DNA of 32,000 nt from Ktedonobacterales bacterium (GTDB lineage Bacteria; Chloroflexota; Ktedonobacteria; Ktedonobacterales; JADMIN01), in assembly GCA_030167145.1 (NCBI GenBank), contig CP126532.1, forward strand, positions 3,330,001 to 3,362,000, read 5' to 3'. Below, in pieces: positions 1 to 9,570 of the stretch (position 1 is its first letter; each line of letters begins with the position of its first letter). The position numbers and the translations under genes are program-made. The notes under the pieces were generated by a model that had not been told where the DNA came from, searched no databases, and saw only the letters and a program-made list of their open reading frames with translations.

Positions 1-1702
1 AGATGATCTGGTCGCGCTGTTCTGGGCGCACCCGCGCGGCCAGATCTTGGAAGATCTCCCACTCGGAACGCGCCTCGCCGATGCGCGGGCCGGGGATCTC
101 CGGGCTGAAGATGATGCGCCGCTCGGTGCTGGTCTCGGTGCCGCCGCCGCGCTGCTCGTAACGGGTCTGCGCGGGCAGTAGCACGACGGTATCCGCCGGG
201 TCCACCAGCATTTGCGAGGTGACGTAGATGTCCTGGTGGACGCGCAGTGGCAGCCGGTCCAGCGCCTGGCGCACGTAGTCGGGATCGGGCAGCACTTCGA
301 GGAAGTTGCCGCCACTGGAGTAGAGGATGTCGAGCTGGCCATCATAGGCGGCGTCAATCATCTCCACGGCCCGCAGCCCCTTCCAGTCGGGCACGTCGAA
401 GCCCCAGTGCTCGCGGAACGTCGCCGCGTTCTCGGCATTGACCGAAGCGCCGCCGGGGAAGGCATCGGGAACCGCGCCAACCTCCGCGCCGCCCTGCACG
501 CCGCTGTGGCCGCGAATCGGCACCACGCCGCAGTGCTCTTTGCCGAGCCAACCCTGCGAGAGCGCCAGATTGACGATGGCCTTCACGTTGTCTACGCCGA
601 ATTCATGCTGGGTGATGCCCATGCTCCACACCAGGATGCCGGTCCGCGCGTTGTGGATCATCTCGGCGAAGCGCACCATATCCGCGCGGGTCGAGCCGCT
701 AAAGCGTTCCAGCGTCTCCCAGTCCTGCGCGGCCAGCGTCGCCGCCAGCGCATCCCAGCCGGTGGTGTGCTGTGCGATGAAGTCGTGGTCTACCCAATCC
801 TGCTCGATGAGATACTTCTGCACGCCGTTGAGGAAGGCGATGTCGCCGCCGGTGCCGACCTGATAAAAGTGGTCCATCAGCTTGGTGCCCATCAGCGCGC
901 TCTCTGGCGAGGAGGGCACCCAATACTTCACCATCCCCGGCTCCTTATAGGGATTGACGACGGCGATCTGCGTGCCTTCCTTCTTGGCGAGGTAGAGGTA
1001 CTTGGTGGAGACGGGCTGATTGTTGGCGATGTCGCTGCCGAAGAAGACCATCAGGTCCGTGCCGATCCAGTCACTATACGAGACCGACGAGGCGCCAACG
1101 CCAACGGTCTGCTTGAGGGCGACGGAACTCGGCGAGTGGCAGACGCGGGCGGCGTTGTCTATATGGTTGGTGCCGATGTAGCGCGCGGCTTTCTGCGCGA
1201 CATAGTAGACCTCGTTGGTGAGGCCGCGCGAAGTGAGGTAGAAGGCGGTGCGCTCTGGCGGCGTCTGGCGCATGCGGTCGGCGATCAGGTTCAGCGCGTC
1301 ATCCCACGAGACGCGCGTGAAGTTCGCCTCGCCCCTGCGCCGCACCATGGGATAGGGCAGGCGTCCCAGGTTGCGCAGCTCCGCGCTGGACATCTCGCGC
1401 AGGATGCCGACATCGGTGGTGAGCCGCTGCCAGGGCATGGCCTCCATGGTGTTGAGTTTCAGCAGGTTCAGGCGAATCGTGCAGAGGTGGATGCTGTCAA
1501 TGGTCCAGTCGCGCATGCCGGTGGTGCCCAGCGCGCAGCCGTCGCAGACGCCGCGATTGAGGATGCGCCAGGCGTAGAGCGGGTGGCGGCGGTTCTCCCA
1601 GACGGTATTGAAGATTTCGGTGAAGTGATGCGGCTTGGTTTCGCCGATGCCGAAGGGCTTCCAGCCTGCCCAGAGTCCGGGGGCGATCAATCGCTTAGCC
1701 AT
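1..1702 (-). CDS. FdhF/YdeP-family molybdopterin oxidoreductase (formate-dehydrogenase-alpha-like); C-terminus lies beyond the window edge
   Basis: Not in the ORF track because it has no stop in the window. Hand translation of the minus strand from ATG (complement of 1700-1702) gives MAKRLIAPGLWAGWKPFGIGETKPHHFTEIF...NRGVCDGCALGTTG...NAARVCHSPSSVALK...GITQHEFG...PIRGHSGVQGG, open to position 1. This is the typical YdeP/FdhF layout. SD-like GGAAGGTGG lies upstream. The 212..1798 + ORF is its antisense shadow. Confidence 0.85.
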   Translation of the reverse strand, partial: MAKRLIAPGLWAGWKPFGIGETKPHHFTEIFNTVWENRRHPLYAWRILNRGVCDGCALGTTGMRDWTIDSIHLCTIRLNLLKLNTMEAMPWQRLTTDVGILREMSSAELRNLGRLPYPMVRRRGEANFTRVSWDDALNLIADRMRQTPPERTAFYLTSRGLTNEVYYVAQKAARYIGTNHIDNAARVCHSPSSVALKQTVGVGASSVSYSDWIGTDLMVFFGSDIANNQPVSTKYLYLAKKEGTQIAVVNPYKEPGMVKYWVPSSPESALMGTKLMDHFYQVGTGGDIAFLNGVQKYLIEQDWVDHDFIAQHTTGWDALAATLAAQDWETLERFSGSTRADMVRFAEMIHNARTGILVWSMGITQHEFGVDNVKAIVNLALSQGWLGKEHCGVVPIRGHSGVQGGAEVGAVPDAFPGGASVNAENAATFREHWGFDVPDWKGLRAVEMIDAAYDGQLDILYSSGGNFLEVLPDPDYVRQALDRLPLRVHQDIYVTSQMLVDPADTVVLLPAQTRYEQRGGGTETSTERRIIFSPEIPGPRIGEARSEWEIFQDLAARVRPEQRDQII

Positions 1703-1962
1703 GAGAGAGCCACCTTCCGCGAACGCACTGCGGACACACGCGCAGACCGCCATTGTCTGCTATGTCCCCTATTGTACCGCCATTGTACCGCATCGTGACG
1801 TATTGATGAACACCGCTGGGCGGCAGGCATCTCCCCCAGAAGCGCCATGCCGGACGCCAGCGGACACGAATTTGCTATAATTCCCTCTTGTGTGCCCGCG
1901 TGCTGTGATAAAGGAAGGGTACACCAGCCAGTGGCGTGGAGTTCTGAGGAGATGAGTAGCGC

Positions 1963-3147
1963 ATGATGTTGGAGCAGCGCGAGCGGGAGGAAACGGGGGA
2001 GCAAGCGGGGAAGGTCGCGGAACCCCCCAGCGTAATGGCGTCCGCAAAGTCCGCTGTGCGCAAGCGGGCGCGCCCGCTGATGCGCGCCAGCCTGATCGTG
2101 CTGGCGCTGCTGGTGCTCATCAACGTCGCCTTGCAGATCAACCGCCGTCCGTTCGACATCCAGAGCGATGGCTTCTGGGCGTACAAGCGGCTTGCCACGT
2201 GTGAATCGCTGGGACGCGCGCCGGATGTGCTCTTCCTCGGCTCCTCGCGCACACTCTATTCCGCCGACGCGCACCAGGCCGATAACGTCATGGCGCAGCA
2301 GTTCGACCATCCGACGCTGAGCTGCAACCTGGGCCGGATGGGCGCAAGCATCGAGAACGACTACTACATCTTCAAGCGCATGGTCGAGGATGGCTACGCG
2401 CCGAAGCTGCTGATCGAGAACCTCTGGGAAAATAACCTGAACGTCAACGCCGATATTCCGATGGACATTCAGGGCACCAACATCTCGCAGATCGTGCGGC
2501 TGGCCGACATTAGCGACGCGCCCGCGCTGAGCGCGCACCTGGGCCACTATTCCGCGCCTTCGATGGCCGATTTCCTGGCGCAGAAGGCCATCCCGCTCTA
2601 TGGCGACCGCGTGGGCATCTACCATGTGATCTGCGGTTCCTCGCATCTCGGCCCGTGTGGCGTGAACACCGATGAGTGGGATCCCGAAACGATCAAGATG
2701 TATAACCAGTCGGATGACCGTGGCTGGACGGCGGTTTCGGGCTATTCGCTGGCGAATGTGCCGCCCGACAAGCTGCAAAACGACTACATGCAGCTCTACG
2801 GCGCGATCTATAAAGGCATCCAGCATTTCCAGATTGGCGGCCACCAGACCGACTATCTGGCGAAGATGGTGGCACTGGCGAAGGCGCACGGCATCAAGGT
2901 GGCGCTGGTGGTGAGTCCGGTCGCTCCGATCTATCTGAAGTTCTTCGATGCGCCGAATGAGTGGTCGGTGATTATGAACTACTGGCAGAGTTTTGCCCAG
3001 CAGCACGGCGTCGCGTTCTACGATGAGAGCCTCGCCCCCGGCTATGTGCCCGCCGATTTCCAGGATCCGCATCATCTGACCGCCTCCGGCGCGGTGAAGT
3101 TCTCGACGTGGATGGCGCATGCGATCATCGCGCCCGCGTTGACCTGA
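1963..3147 (+). CDS. membrane-anchored SGNH/GDSL-like (DUF1574-like) hydrolase-family protein
   Basis: 394-aa ORF with GAGGAG SD upstream. One N-terminal TM helix (LIVLALLVLINVAL). A FLGSSRT block resembles SGNH block I, and a C-terminal DPHHLT resembles the DxxH catalytic block. The family assignment comes from motif recollection only. Confidence 0.6.
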   Translation: MMLEQREREETGEQAGKVAEPPSVMASAKSAVRKRARPLMRASLIVLALLVLINVALQINRRPFDIQSDGFWAYKRLATCESLGRAPDVLFLGSSRTLYSADAHQADNVMAQQFDHPTLSCNLGRMGASIENDYYIFKRMVEDGYAPKLLIENLWENNLNVNADIPMDIQGTNISQIVRLADISDAPALSAHLGHYSAPSMADFLAQKAIPLYGDRVGIYHVICGSSHLGPCGVNTDEWDPETIKMYNQSDDRGWTAVSGYSLANVPPDKLQNDYMQLYGAIYKGIQHFQIGGHQTDYLAKMVALAKAHGIKVALVVSPVAPIYLKFFDAPNEWSVIMNYWQSFAQQHGVAFYDESLAPGYVPADFQDPHHLTASGAVKFSTWMAHAIIAPALT

Positions 3148-3289
3148 TAGCGCCTTGCCCTCTTTTGGCGCGCATGCTGGCGCATGGTTGCGCTGCCCAA
3201 ACAGATGTTCTATACTGCCTTGTAGACAATCCATACGGTCAGCCAGAACACGGCGCCGCTCTCTCCCCACCCGGAGGCAGCGGCGTCTC

Positions 3290-3730
3290 CCATTTCCGGC
3301 AACTCCGGCAACACACTATTGCGGCGAAAACGGCGAAAATTATGCAACCTCGAAAATCGGCAGAATCGGCAACTGGTGGGGCGGACATTCTTGTCTGCCC
3401 GCGCGCCACATCGGCCACGGCCACAATCGAAAAATCGGCAGAATCGGCAACTCCGGCCACTGCGACAGCACGCAATTGCGGCGAAAACGGCGAAAAATCT
3501 CCCCCTATCTCCCGTCACCTCCCGTCATTCACCCCCACCCAACCGCAAAAATCGGCAACATCGGCAACTGCCACTTGCGTGCATATATCGGCCACTGCGG
3601 CCATTCCGGCCATTCCGGCCACTCCGGCCACTGCGGCCATTCCGGCCATTCCGGCCACTCCGGCCACTCCAGTGGGGCTGCCATTCTTGTCCGCCCTCGT
3701 GCAAAAATCGGCAGAATCGGCAACTCCCTC
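3290..3730. repeat. composite non-coding repeat field with 9-bp periodicity (iteron-like 22-mers plus tandem arrays)
   Basis: Four copies of AAAATCGGCA(G/A)(A/C)ATCGGCAACT start near 3353, 3431, 3547 and 3704. Two copies of ATTGCGGCGAAAACGGCGAAAA are near 3318 and 3474. A GGACATTCTTGTCTGCCCGCG-like element near 3380 is repeated near 3675. The field lies between convergent genes. Confidence 0.8.
3589..3669. repeat. 9-bp tandem repeat CGGCCA(C/T)T(G/C), 9 units, with 36-bp higher-order structure
   Basis: Read directly. The variant order is actg, attc, attc, actc, actg, attc, attc, actc, actc. Confidence 0.9.
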
Positions 3731-3795
3731 CGCAACCCGCGAAGGCGGGTTTCGTGGCCGCAGGCCTTCAGGCGCGGTTTCAACCGCCCGCTCGC

Positions 3796-5253
3796 CTAAC
3801 TCCCTGGAGCGATGAGCAGGATGATGCGGAAGGCGCTGCCCTGGTCTACGGTGCTCTGCGCAGTCACGGTTCCGCCCATGGCCTGGGTGAGGTCGCGCAC
3901 GATGGCCAGCCCCAGCCCGAAGCCACCGCTGGCCCGCGCCCGCGAGGCGTCGGTGCGGTAGAAGCGCTCGAAGACCTGTTCCAATTCTTCGGGCGGGATG
4001 CCCATGCCGGTGTCGGCGACGACGAAGGCGAGATGCCACGGTCCGGCGCGCTCCAGCGAGAGCGAGACGATGCCGCCTGCGGGAGTATAGGTGATGGCGT
4101 TGCGGGCGAGGTTCAGCAGCACCTGCGCCAGCCGTTGGCGGTCGGCCAGCACGGGGGGCAGGTCGTGCGCCACTGCGGTATGCACCAGCGTCACCTGCCG
4201 CTCGCGCCGGGCCAGCGGGGCCAGCGCCTGATACACCTCTTCGAGCACCGCCGCCCCCGGAACGGGAACGAGTTCGAGTCGAAGCTCACCGGCGTCGCCG
4301 CGCGCCAGTGAAAGGAGATCCTCCACCAGCGACCCCAGCCGCTCGGTCTCGCGCTGGACGATGCCCAGGTAGGTGCGCAACTCGTGCGGGTCGGTGGGCC
4401 TGGCGTCGGGGTTGGGCTGGCTGGTCGCGTCTTGCTGGGCGTCGGCGGCCATGAGCAATGCTTCCACGTGGCCACGGATGCTGGCGATGGGGGTGCGTAG
4501 CTCATGCGAGACGTTGACGATCAGCTCGCGGCGGCTCTGCTCCGCACGCGCCGCCTGCGCCCGTGCGCGTTCCGCCGTCTCGCGCGCCTCCGCCAGCCGT
4601 CGTGCGGTGTCGGTCATGCCTAGGCAGAAGCGCGCGAAGAGTCCCCAGACCCACGCCGCGCCATCCGCCACCGCCAGCGTGCCGATGCCCACCGCGATGC
4701 CCGCCACCAGCGCCAGCGGCGAGGCGAGAAATAGCAGCCACGAACCGGCTGGTATGCTGCCATCGCCGATCAGGCGCACGGTCAGGGCGACGGGCAGCGA
4801 GATGAGCGCGACGGCCAGCGTGATCAGCAGCAGCGCCAGCGACCCTACCAGCGTGCCAAAGAAGAACTTGGCGAAGAGGTACAGTAGGCTTTTCCAGAGC
4901 ACGGGATTGCGCGCGTATGCCTGTATCCGCCGCCAGAGGCTCAGCCCAGGCGGGAGCGGACGGTACATCGGCGCGATCTCGATATGCAGCCACCACATGG
5001 TCAGTTCGCGCTCGAACGCCGCCAGCCCCCACCAGCAGAGCGCCGTCAGCGCCAGCAGCGGCAGGCCGATGAGCACGATAGCCAGGCTGATACCCGTCGA
5101 AATCAGCGTCAACAACAGGACGAAATAGAAGATGCCGAGCGGCAGCGCCGCCAGGATATAGAGCAGGTTGAGGTAGCTCTGCCGCCGCCGCGCCGCGCCC
5201 AGAACGGTCTTGACGCTTGGCAATGCGATCTGTTGCCCGGCCAGTGTGCTCAT
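3796..5253 (-). CDS. sensor histidine kinase (multi-TM N-terminal sensor domain, HisKA, HATPase_c); no response regulator adjacent
   Basis: 485-aa ORF. H-box SHELRTPIASIRGHVEAL, N-box LLNLARNAITYT, G-boxes DTGMGI and GGFGLGLAIV. Several hydrophobic helices in the N-terminal half. Confidence 0.9.
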   Translation of the reverse strand: MSTLAGQQIALPSVKTVLGAARRRQSYLNLLYILAALPLGIFYFVLLLTLISTGISLAIVLIGLPLLALTALCWWGLAAFERELTMWWLHIEIAPMYRPLPPGLSLWRRIQAYARNPVLWKSLLYLFAKFFFGTLVGSLALLLITLAVALISLPVALTVRLIGDGSIPAGSWLLFLASPLALVAGIAVGIGTLAVADGAAWVWGLFARFCLGMTDTARRLAEARETAERARAQAARAEQSRRELIVNVSHELRTPIASIRGHVEALLMAADAQQDATSQPNPDARPTDPHELRTYLGIVQRETERLGSLVEDLLSLARGDAGELRLELVPVPGAAVLEEVYQALAPLARRERQVTLVHTAVAHDLPPVLADRQRLAQVLLNLARNAITYTPAGGIVSLSLERAGPWHLAFVVADTGMGIPPEELEQVFERFYRTDASRARASGGFGLGLAIVRDLTQAMGGTVTAQSTVDQGSAFRIILLIAPGS

Positions 5254-5432
5254 ACGCTCCCTCTACGCTCTCTGGTGATGTCGTGGATGCGCTCCCCACC
5301 TGCGCCTCTTCAGTGTACCCGTATGGTGCTACACAAATGTGCCACAAGTGTGGCGATTTATGCGCCGCGCGGGGTGCCAGGGAATGCTATACTTGCTACG
5401 TATGCGTTGTGCGATATGGTTGAGGGAGCGAC

Positions 5433-6308
5433 ATGCCGGACTATCCGTCACCTACTATCTGGCGCGGCCACAGCCTGGACTGGGGCAGCCGCACCTACAT
5501 CATGGGCATCGTCAATGTGACGCCGGATTCGTTCTCGCGCGATGGCCTCGCCGCTGAGGACGCGACGCGCGAGCAGGTCGTGGCGGCGGCGGTGGCGCAG
5601 GCGCGGCGTATGGTGGCGGACGGCGCGCAGATGATAGATGTCGGCGGCGAGTCTACGCGCCCGGCAACCGCTGGCCAGCCGCCGCTCTCGCCGGAGGTGG
5701 AGCGCGAGCGCGTGCTGCCAGTGGTGAGCGCGCTGGCTGCCGCGCTGCCGCCGGAGGTGGTGATCTCGATTGACTCGTACCACGCGAGCACGGTGGCGGC
5801 GGCGCTGGATGCGGGGGCGTCGCTGATCAACGACGTGTGGGGGCTGCGCGCGGACCCAGAGATGGGGCCGCTGGTGGCCGAGCGCGGCGTGCCCATCGTG
5901 CTGATGTGCAACCTGCGGGGCGAGCCGCGCCGCGAGCCGGTGGCGGACGTGCTGCGGATGCTGGCGCGCGGCATGGAACTGGCGCTGAGCGCGGGCATCC
6001 CCGAAGATCGGATCATTCTCGATCCCGGCTTCGGGTTCGGACTGGTGGGCGCGGAAAACCTCGTGGTCTTGCGGCGGCTGCGCGAACTGCGGGCGCTGGG
6101 GCGTCCGCTGCTGGTGGGCACGTCGCGCAAGGCGCATATCGGCATGGTGCTAGGCACGGCGGAAGACGACCGCGTGGAAGGCACCGCCGCGACCGTGGCG
6201 CTGAGCATCGCCAACGGCGCGGACATTGTACGGGTGCATGACGTGCGGCAGATGGCGCGCGTCGCGCGGATGGCCGATGCGGTGGTGCGCGGCTGGCAAG
6301 AAACGTAA
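5433..6308 (+). CDS. folP: dihydropteroate synthase
   Basis: 291-aa ORF with GIVNVTPDSFSRDG, DVGGESTRP and DPGFGFG motifs. GAGGGAG SD upstream. Confidence 0.93.
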   Translation: MPDYPSPTIWRGHSLDWGSRTYIMGIVNVTPDSFSRDGLAAEDATREQVVAAAVAQARRMVADGAQMIDVGGESTRPATAGQPPLSPEVERERVLPVVSALAAALPPEVVISIDSYHASTVAAALDAGASLINDVWGLRADPEMGPLVAERGVPIVLMCNLRGEPRREPVADVLRMLARGMELALSAGIPEDRIILDPGFGFGLVGAENLVVLRRLRELRALGRPLLVGTSRKAHIGMVLGTAEDDRVEGTAATVALSIANGADIVRVHDVRQMARVARMADAVVRGWQET

Positions 6309-6320
6309 GGAACAATCCTG

Positions 6321-7718
6321 ATGACATTCGATAGCTACGCTGAGGCGCTAGCCTGGCTCTACTCGTTCAGCGACACGGAGCGCACCGGCAATTTCACGCG
6401 CGACCGCGAAGACAATCTGGCCCGCGAGCGGGCGCTGCTGGCAGCGCTGGGGAATCCACAGCGCGCCTATGGTGTGACGCATATCGCCGGAACCAAGGGC
6501 AAAGGCTCGACCTCGGCGCTGCTGGCGGCGATACTCCAGGCGGCAGGCCTGCGCACTGGACTGTATACCCAGCCCGACCTGCATACCTTTCGCGAGCGGA
6601 TGCGCGTCAACGGGCAGCTCATTTCTGGCGACGAGGTGGCGCGGCTGGCGGAGCGCGTGCGCGCGGCGGTGGACGCTGCTGGGACACCGCTAGGCGCATA
6701 CATCACCTACGAGGTCGCGACGGCGCTGGCCTTCCTATACTTTCGCGAGGCGGACGCCGAACATGCGGTGATCGAGGTGGGGCTGGGTGGGCGGCTGGAC
6801 GCGACGAACGTGGTCGAGCCGCTGCTGACGATCATCACGTCCATCAGTTACGATCACATGAGTGTGCTGGGCAACACGCTGGGCGAGATTGCCACGGAGA
6901 AGGCGGGCATCCTCAAGCGCGGCGTGCCGCTCGTTACGTCGGCGCGCGCGCCTGAGGCGCTGGCGGCGATCACGCGCATCGCCGTCGAACGCGAGGTTCC
7001 GCTGTTCCGCGTGGGTCCGGCGGGCGAGGCGGACTGCGCGTATACGTATCGCGCGGGCGCGTATAGCAGCGAGCGCCAGTATGCCGATGTGGTCACGCCC
7101 ACTGGGGTGTATCGTGATCTGGAGATAGCACTGCTGGGCGAGCATCAGATCGAGAATGCGGCGACGGCGGTCGCCGCCGCTGAGCAGTTGCGCGCGGCGG
7201 GGCTGCCGATCAGCGAGGATGCGATACGCGCGGGGCTGCGGTCGGCGCATTGGCCTGCGCGCTTGCAGGTGGTGGGGCGCGCGCCGTGGACCATCGTGGA
7301 TGGCGCGCACAACGCCGATTCGTTCGCGCGGCTGCTGGCCGCGCTCCGCCGCCACTTCACGTATGAGCGTTTGGTGTTGGTGCTGGGGCTGATGGCGGAT
7401 AAGGACGCGGCGGGCATCGCGGATGAGATTGCCCGCGCGGGGGTAGATTGTGTGGTGGCTACGGCTGCTGCCAATCCGCGCGCTGCTACGCCGGAGAGCA
7501 TCATCGCGACGCTACGCGAGCATGCGCCTGCCGTCGCTGCCCGCGCCGCACGTGACACCAGCGCCGCGCTTCAGGCCGCGCTCGCCGAGGCTGGCCCACG
7601 CGATCTGGTCTGTGTGGCTGGCTCGCTATACCTGGCGGGTGAGGCGTTGCGCTGGTTTGCGACGCATGCGACCGCGCCTGAGGCGGCGGCCATCGAAATT
7701 GCTGGCGTAGATCACTAA
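6321..7718 (+). CDS. folC: bifunctional folylpolyglutamate synthase / dihydrofolate synthase
   Basis: 465-aa ORF with the Mur-ligase P-loop HIAGTKGKGST and DGAHN. It follows folP after 12 nt. Confidence 0.93.
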   Translation: MTFDSYAEALAWLYSFSDTERTGNFTRDREDNLARERALLAALGNPQRAYGVTHIAGTKGKGSTSALLAAILQAAGLRTGLYTQPDLHTFRERMRVNGQLISGDEVARLAERVRAAVDAAGTPLGAYITYEVATALAFLYFREADAEHAVIEVGLGGRLDATNVVEPLLTIITSISYDHMSVLGNTLGEIATEKAGILKRGVPLVTSARAPEALAAITRIAVEREVPLFRVGPAGEADCAYTYRAGAYSSERQYADVVTPTGVYRDLEIALLGEHQIENAATAVAAAEQLRAAGLPISEDAIRAGLRSAHWPARLQVVGRAPWTIVDGAHNADSFARLLAALRRHFTYERLVLVLGLMADKDAAGIADEIARAGVDCVVATAAANPRAATPESIIATLREHAPAVAARAARDTSAALQAALAEAGPRDLVCVAGSLYLAGEALRWFATHATAPEAAAIEIAGVDH

Positions 7719-7741
7719 CGGCAGAAGGAGGCTCTGCGCCG

Positions 7742-8950
7742 ATGCTCGCCTATCTGGATTGCTTTTCTGGCATCAGCGGCGATATGCTGCTGGGCGCGCT
7801 GCTGGATGCGGGGCTGCGGCTGGACGATCTGCGCGTGGGTCTGGCGGCGCTGAAGTTGCCGGGATATACGCTCGACGCCGAAGCCGTAACCGATAAGGGT
7901 ATCAGCGGCACACGTGCGCGGGTGCGGCTGGATGCGACAGAGCAGCACGAGCACCGGCGCCTCAGCGACATTGAAGCGCTACTGGCGCAGTCGGCGCTGG
8001 CGGAGGCGGTGCAGCGGCGGGCGCGGGCGGTCTTCACGCGACTGGCGGAGGCGGAGGCGAAGATACACGGGACGACGCCCGCTAAGGTGACGTTTCACGA
8101 GGTCGGCGCGGTGGATTCGATTGTAGACATCGTGGGGGTGGCGCTGGGCCTGGACCTGCTGGGCGTCGAGCGGCTCTACTGCTCGGAGTTGCCGCTGACC
8201 TCTGGGCGGGTGCAGACGGCGCATGGTCCACTGCCGGTGCCCGCGCCCGCGACGCTGGAACTGCTGCGTGAGACGGGCGCGGTCTGGCGGCCAGGGGAGG
8301 CGGAGGGCGAGTTGGTGACGCCGACGGGCGCGGCGGTGGTGGCGGCGCTGGCGACCTTCGCGCGCCCGACGTTAAGCGTGCGCCGTGTGGGCTACGGTTT
8401 CGGCACACGCCAGTTGCCGTGGGCGAACTGCCTGCGACTACTGCTCGGTGATGCGCCGTCTGTTGCCGGCATTCCGGGTGAGGCGGCGGACTTTGTACGC
8501 GATGAGATTGCGGTGCTAGAGAGCAACATAGATAACATGACTGGTGAGGCGCTTGGCTGGCTGATGGAGCGGCTGCTGGCGGCGGGAGCGCTGGACGTGA
8601 GCTATACGCCGGTGCAGATGAAGAAGAATCGTCCCGGCACACTATTGATGGTGTTGGCGCCCGTGGGGGAGGCCGAACGGCTGGCGGCGCTGCTGCTGCG
8701 CGAGAGCAGCACGCTGGGGGTGCGGCTGCGGCGCACGGAACGGGTCACGGCGGGGCGGCGGGTGGAGGTGATCGAGACGCCGCTTGGCCCGGTGCGGGTG
8801 AAGCTGAAGCTGGCGGGGGAGACAGTGCTGGCGGTGAGCCCGGAGTATGAGGATTGCCGCGCGCTGGCCGAACGCCACGGCCTGCCGGTGGAGACGGTGA
8901 TGGCGAGGGTGAGCCATGCGGCGCGGGCGCATTTCGGGTTGGAGGCTTGA
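7742..8950 (+). CDS. larC: nickel-pincer cofactor biosynthesis protein LarC (DUF111 nickel insertion protein)
   Basis: 402-aa ORF with the N-terminus MLAYLDCFSGISGDMLLGALLDAG typical of LarC/DUF111. AAGGAGG SD upstream. Confidence 0.88.
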   Translation: MLAYLDCFSGISGDMLLGALLDAGLRLDDLRVGLAALKLPGYTLDAEAVTDKGISGTRARVRLDATEQHEHRRLSDIEALLAQSALAEAVQRRARAVFTRLAEAEAKIHGTTPAKVTFHEVGAVDSIVDIVGVALGLDLLGVERLYCSELPLTSGRVQTAHGPLPVPAPATLELLRETGAVWRPGEAEGELVTPTGAAVVAALATFARPTLSVRRVGYGFGTRQLPWANCLRLLLGDAPSVAGIPGEAADFVRDEIAVLESNIDNMTGEALGWLMERLLAAGALDVSYTPVQMKKNRPGTLLMVLAPVGEAERLAALLLRESSTLGVRLRRTERVTAGRRVEVIETPLGPVRVKLKLAGETVLAVSPEYEDCRALAERHGLPVETVMARVSHAARAHFGLEA

Positions 8951-8973
8951 GCGCAGGTGGCGGACGTGTGAGT

Positions 8974-9005
8974 GGCAGAGGCGTATGGGAGTCGAACCCA
9001 CCTCC
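8974..9005 (-). repeat. 32-bp tRNA 3'-end fragment (T-arm plus acceptor 3' strand plus CCA), left copy of a direct repeat (att-like)
   Basis: GGCAGAGGCGTATGGGAGTCGAACCCACCTCC is identical to 9976-10007. Its reverse complement reads GGAGGTGGGTTCGACTCCCATACGCCTCTGCC(A), which is a canonical GTTCGACTC T-loop. No tRNA body follows it. Confidence 0.7.
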
Positions 9006-9014
9006 TACCTGCGC

Positions 9015-9527
9015 TCAACTTCCCGTCAGGTGATTGAGCGGCGTATCTACCGTAAAGCTTTCCGCACGCGCTGCATCGCTCAGTCGCTTGTCTTCAGTGA
9101 GAAAGATGGGATCGCCCAACGCAGTCTCCCCTCTCGCTATTCGTGCCGCATCAGAGAGACGTGCAATGTCGCGGGCAGTAAGCGCACAGGCAAGCTGTAT
9201 CGCGTCATATCCTTTCAAAGCATGGATACTACATAAGTCCGCTGCGCGGCGCACGATAGAACTAACCACAGGAATGATGTTGTATTCACCGCCATCCACC
9301 TGACTCCAGAGCAGCACGAGGACATTCTCACAGAGTTTCTTACGCAAGATGCCGCCGCGCACCAGTTGATTGAGTGAGGCAGCAATTTCTGCTTCAGTGA
9401 CTTCCGCGAGCGCGATGGTATTCCGGCTGCCAGGTGTGCAAACGCGCTCGACCCAGACATGTCCAGGCGCACGTCTGAGCAAACGCGGTAAGAGCGCGCT
9501 GGTGTCAAGAAAATAGAGGGCAGGCAT
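9015..9527 (-). CDS. vapC: PIN-domain ribonuclease toxin (VapC-like)
   Basis: Begins MPALYFLDTSALLPRLL (PIN acidic residue in LDTS); later YDAIQLACAL and a C-terminal FLTEDKRL (PIN D). It sits downstream of a small antitoxin-like gene. An alternative start is at 9539. Confidence 0.8.
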   Translation of the reverse strand: MPALYFLDTSALLPRLLRRAPGHVWVERVCTPGSRNTIALAEVTEAEIAASLNQLVRGGILRKKLCENVLVLLWSQVDGGEYNIIPVVSSIVRRAADLCSIHALKGYDAIQLACALTARDIARLSDAARIARGETALGDPIFLTEDKRLSDAARAESFTVDTPLNHLTGS

Positions 9528-9570
9528 ACATCTCCACATCTCTTGCGCTTATGGTCTGTTTGTTATCTGT

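Noticed and set aside
212-1798. 528-aa + strand ORF (MRGDVDVLVD...)
   Set aside because: It is the antisense shadow of the minus-strand FdhF/YdeP gene. Its translation is Ala/Arg/Gly/Val-rich with no motifs, whereas the minus frame gives a clean oxidoreductase sequence with a proper SD and ATG.
1687-3270. 527-aa minus-strand ORF overlapping 1963..3147
   Set aside because: It is Arg/His/Ala-rich shadow translation of a high-GC gene. The + strand ORF has a TM helix, sensible composition and an SD.
3353-3725. Possible CRISPR array built from the 22-bp AAAATCGGCAGAATCGGCAACT repeat
   Set aside because: The spacings are irregular (78, 116 and 157 bp). The 'spacers' are themselves repetitive and share sequence with one another. 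The repeat is an internal 9-bp duplication, and no cas genes are nearby.
3108-4311. Three + strand ORFs (235, 214 and 330 aa) and minus ORFs across the 3.1-3.8 kb repeat field
   Set aside because: Their sequences are just periodic translations of the 9-bp repeats (for example SATATATA, GHSGHSGHS, WPEWPEWP). The 330-aa one continues antisense into the kinase gene. None has a credible start context.
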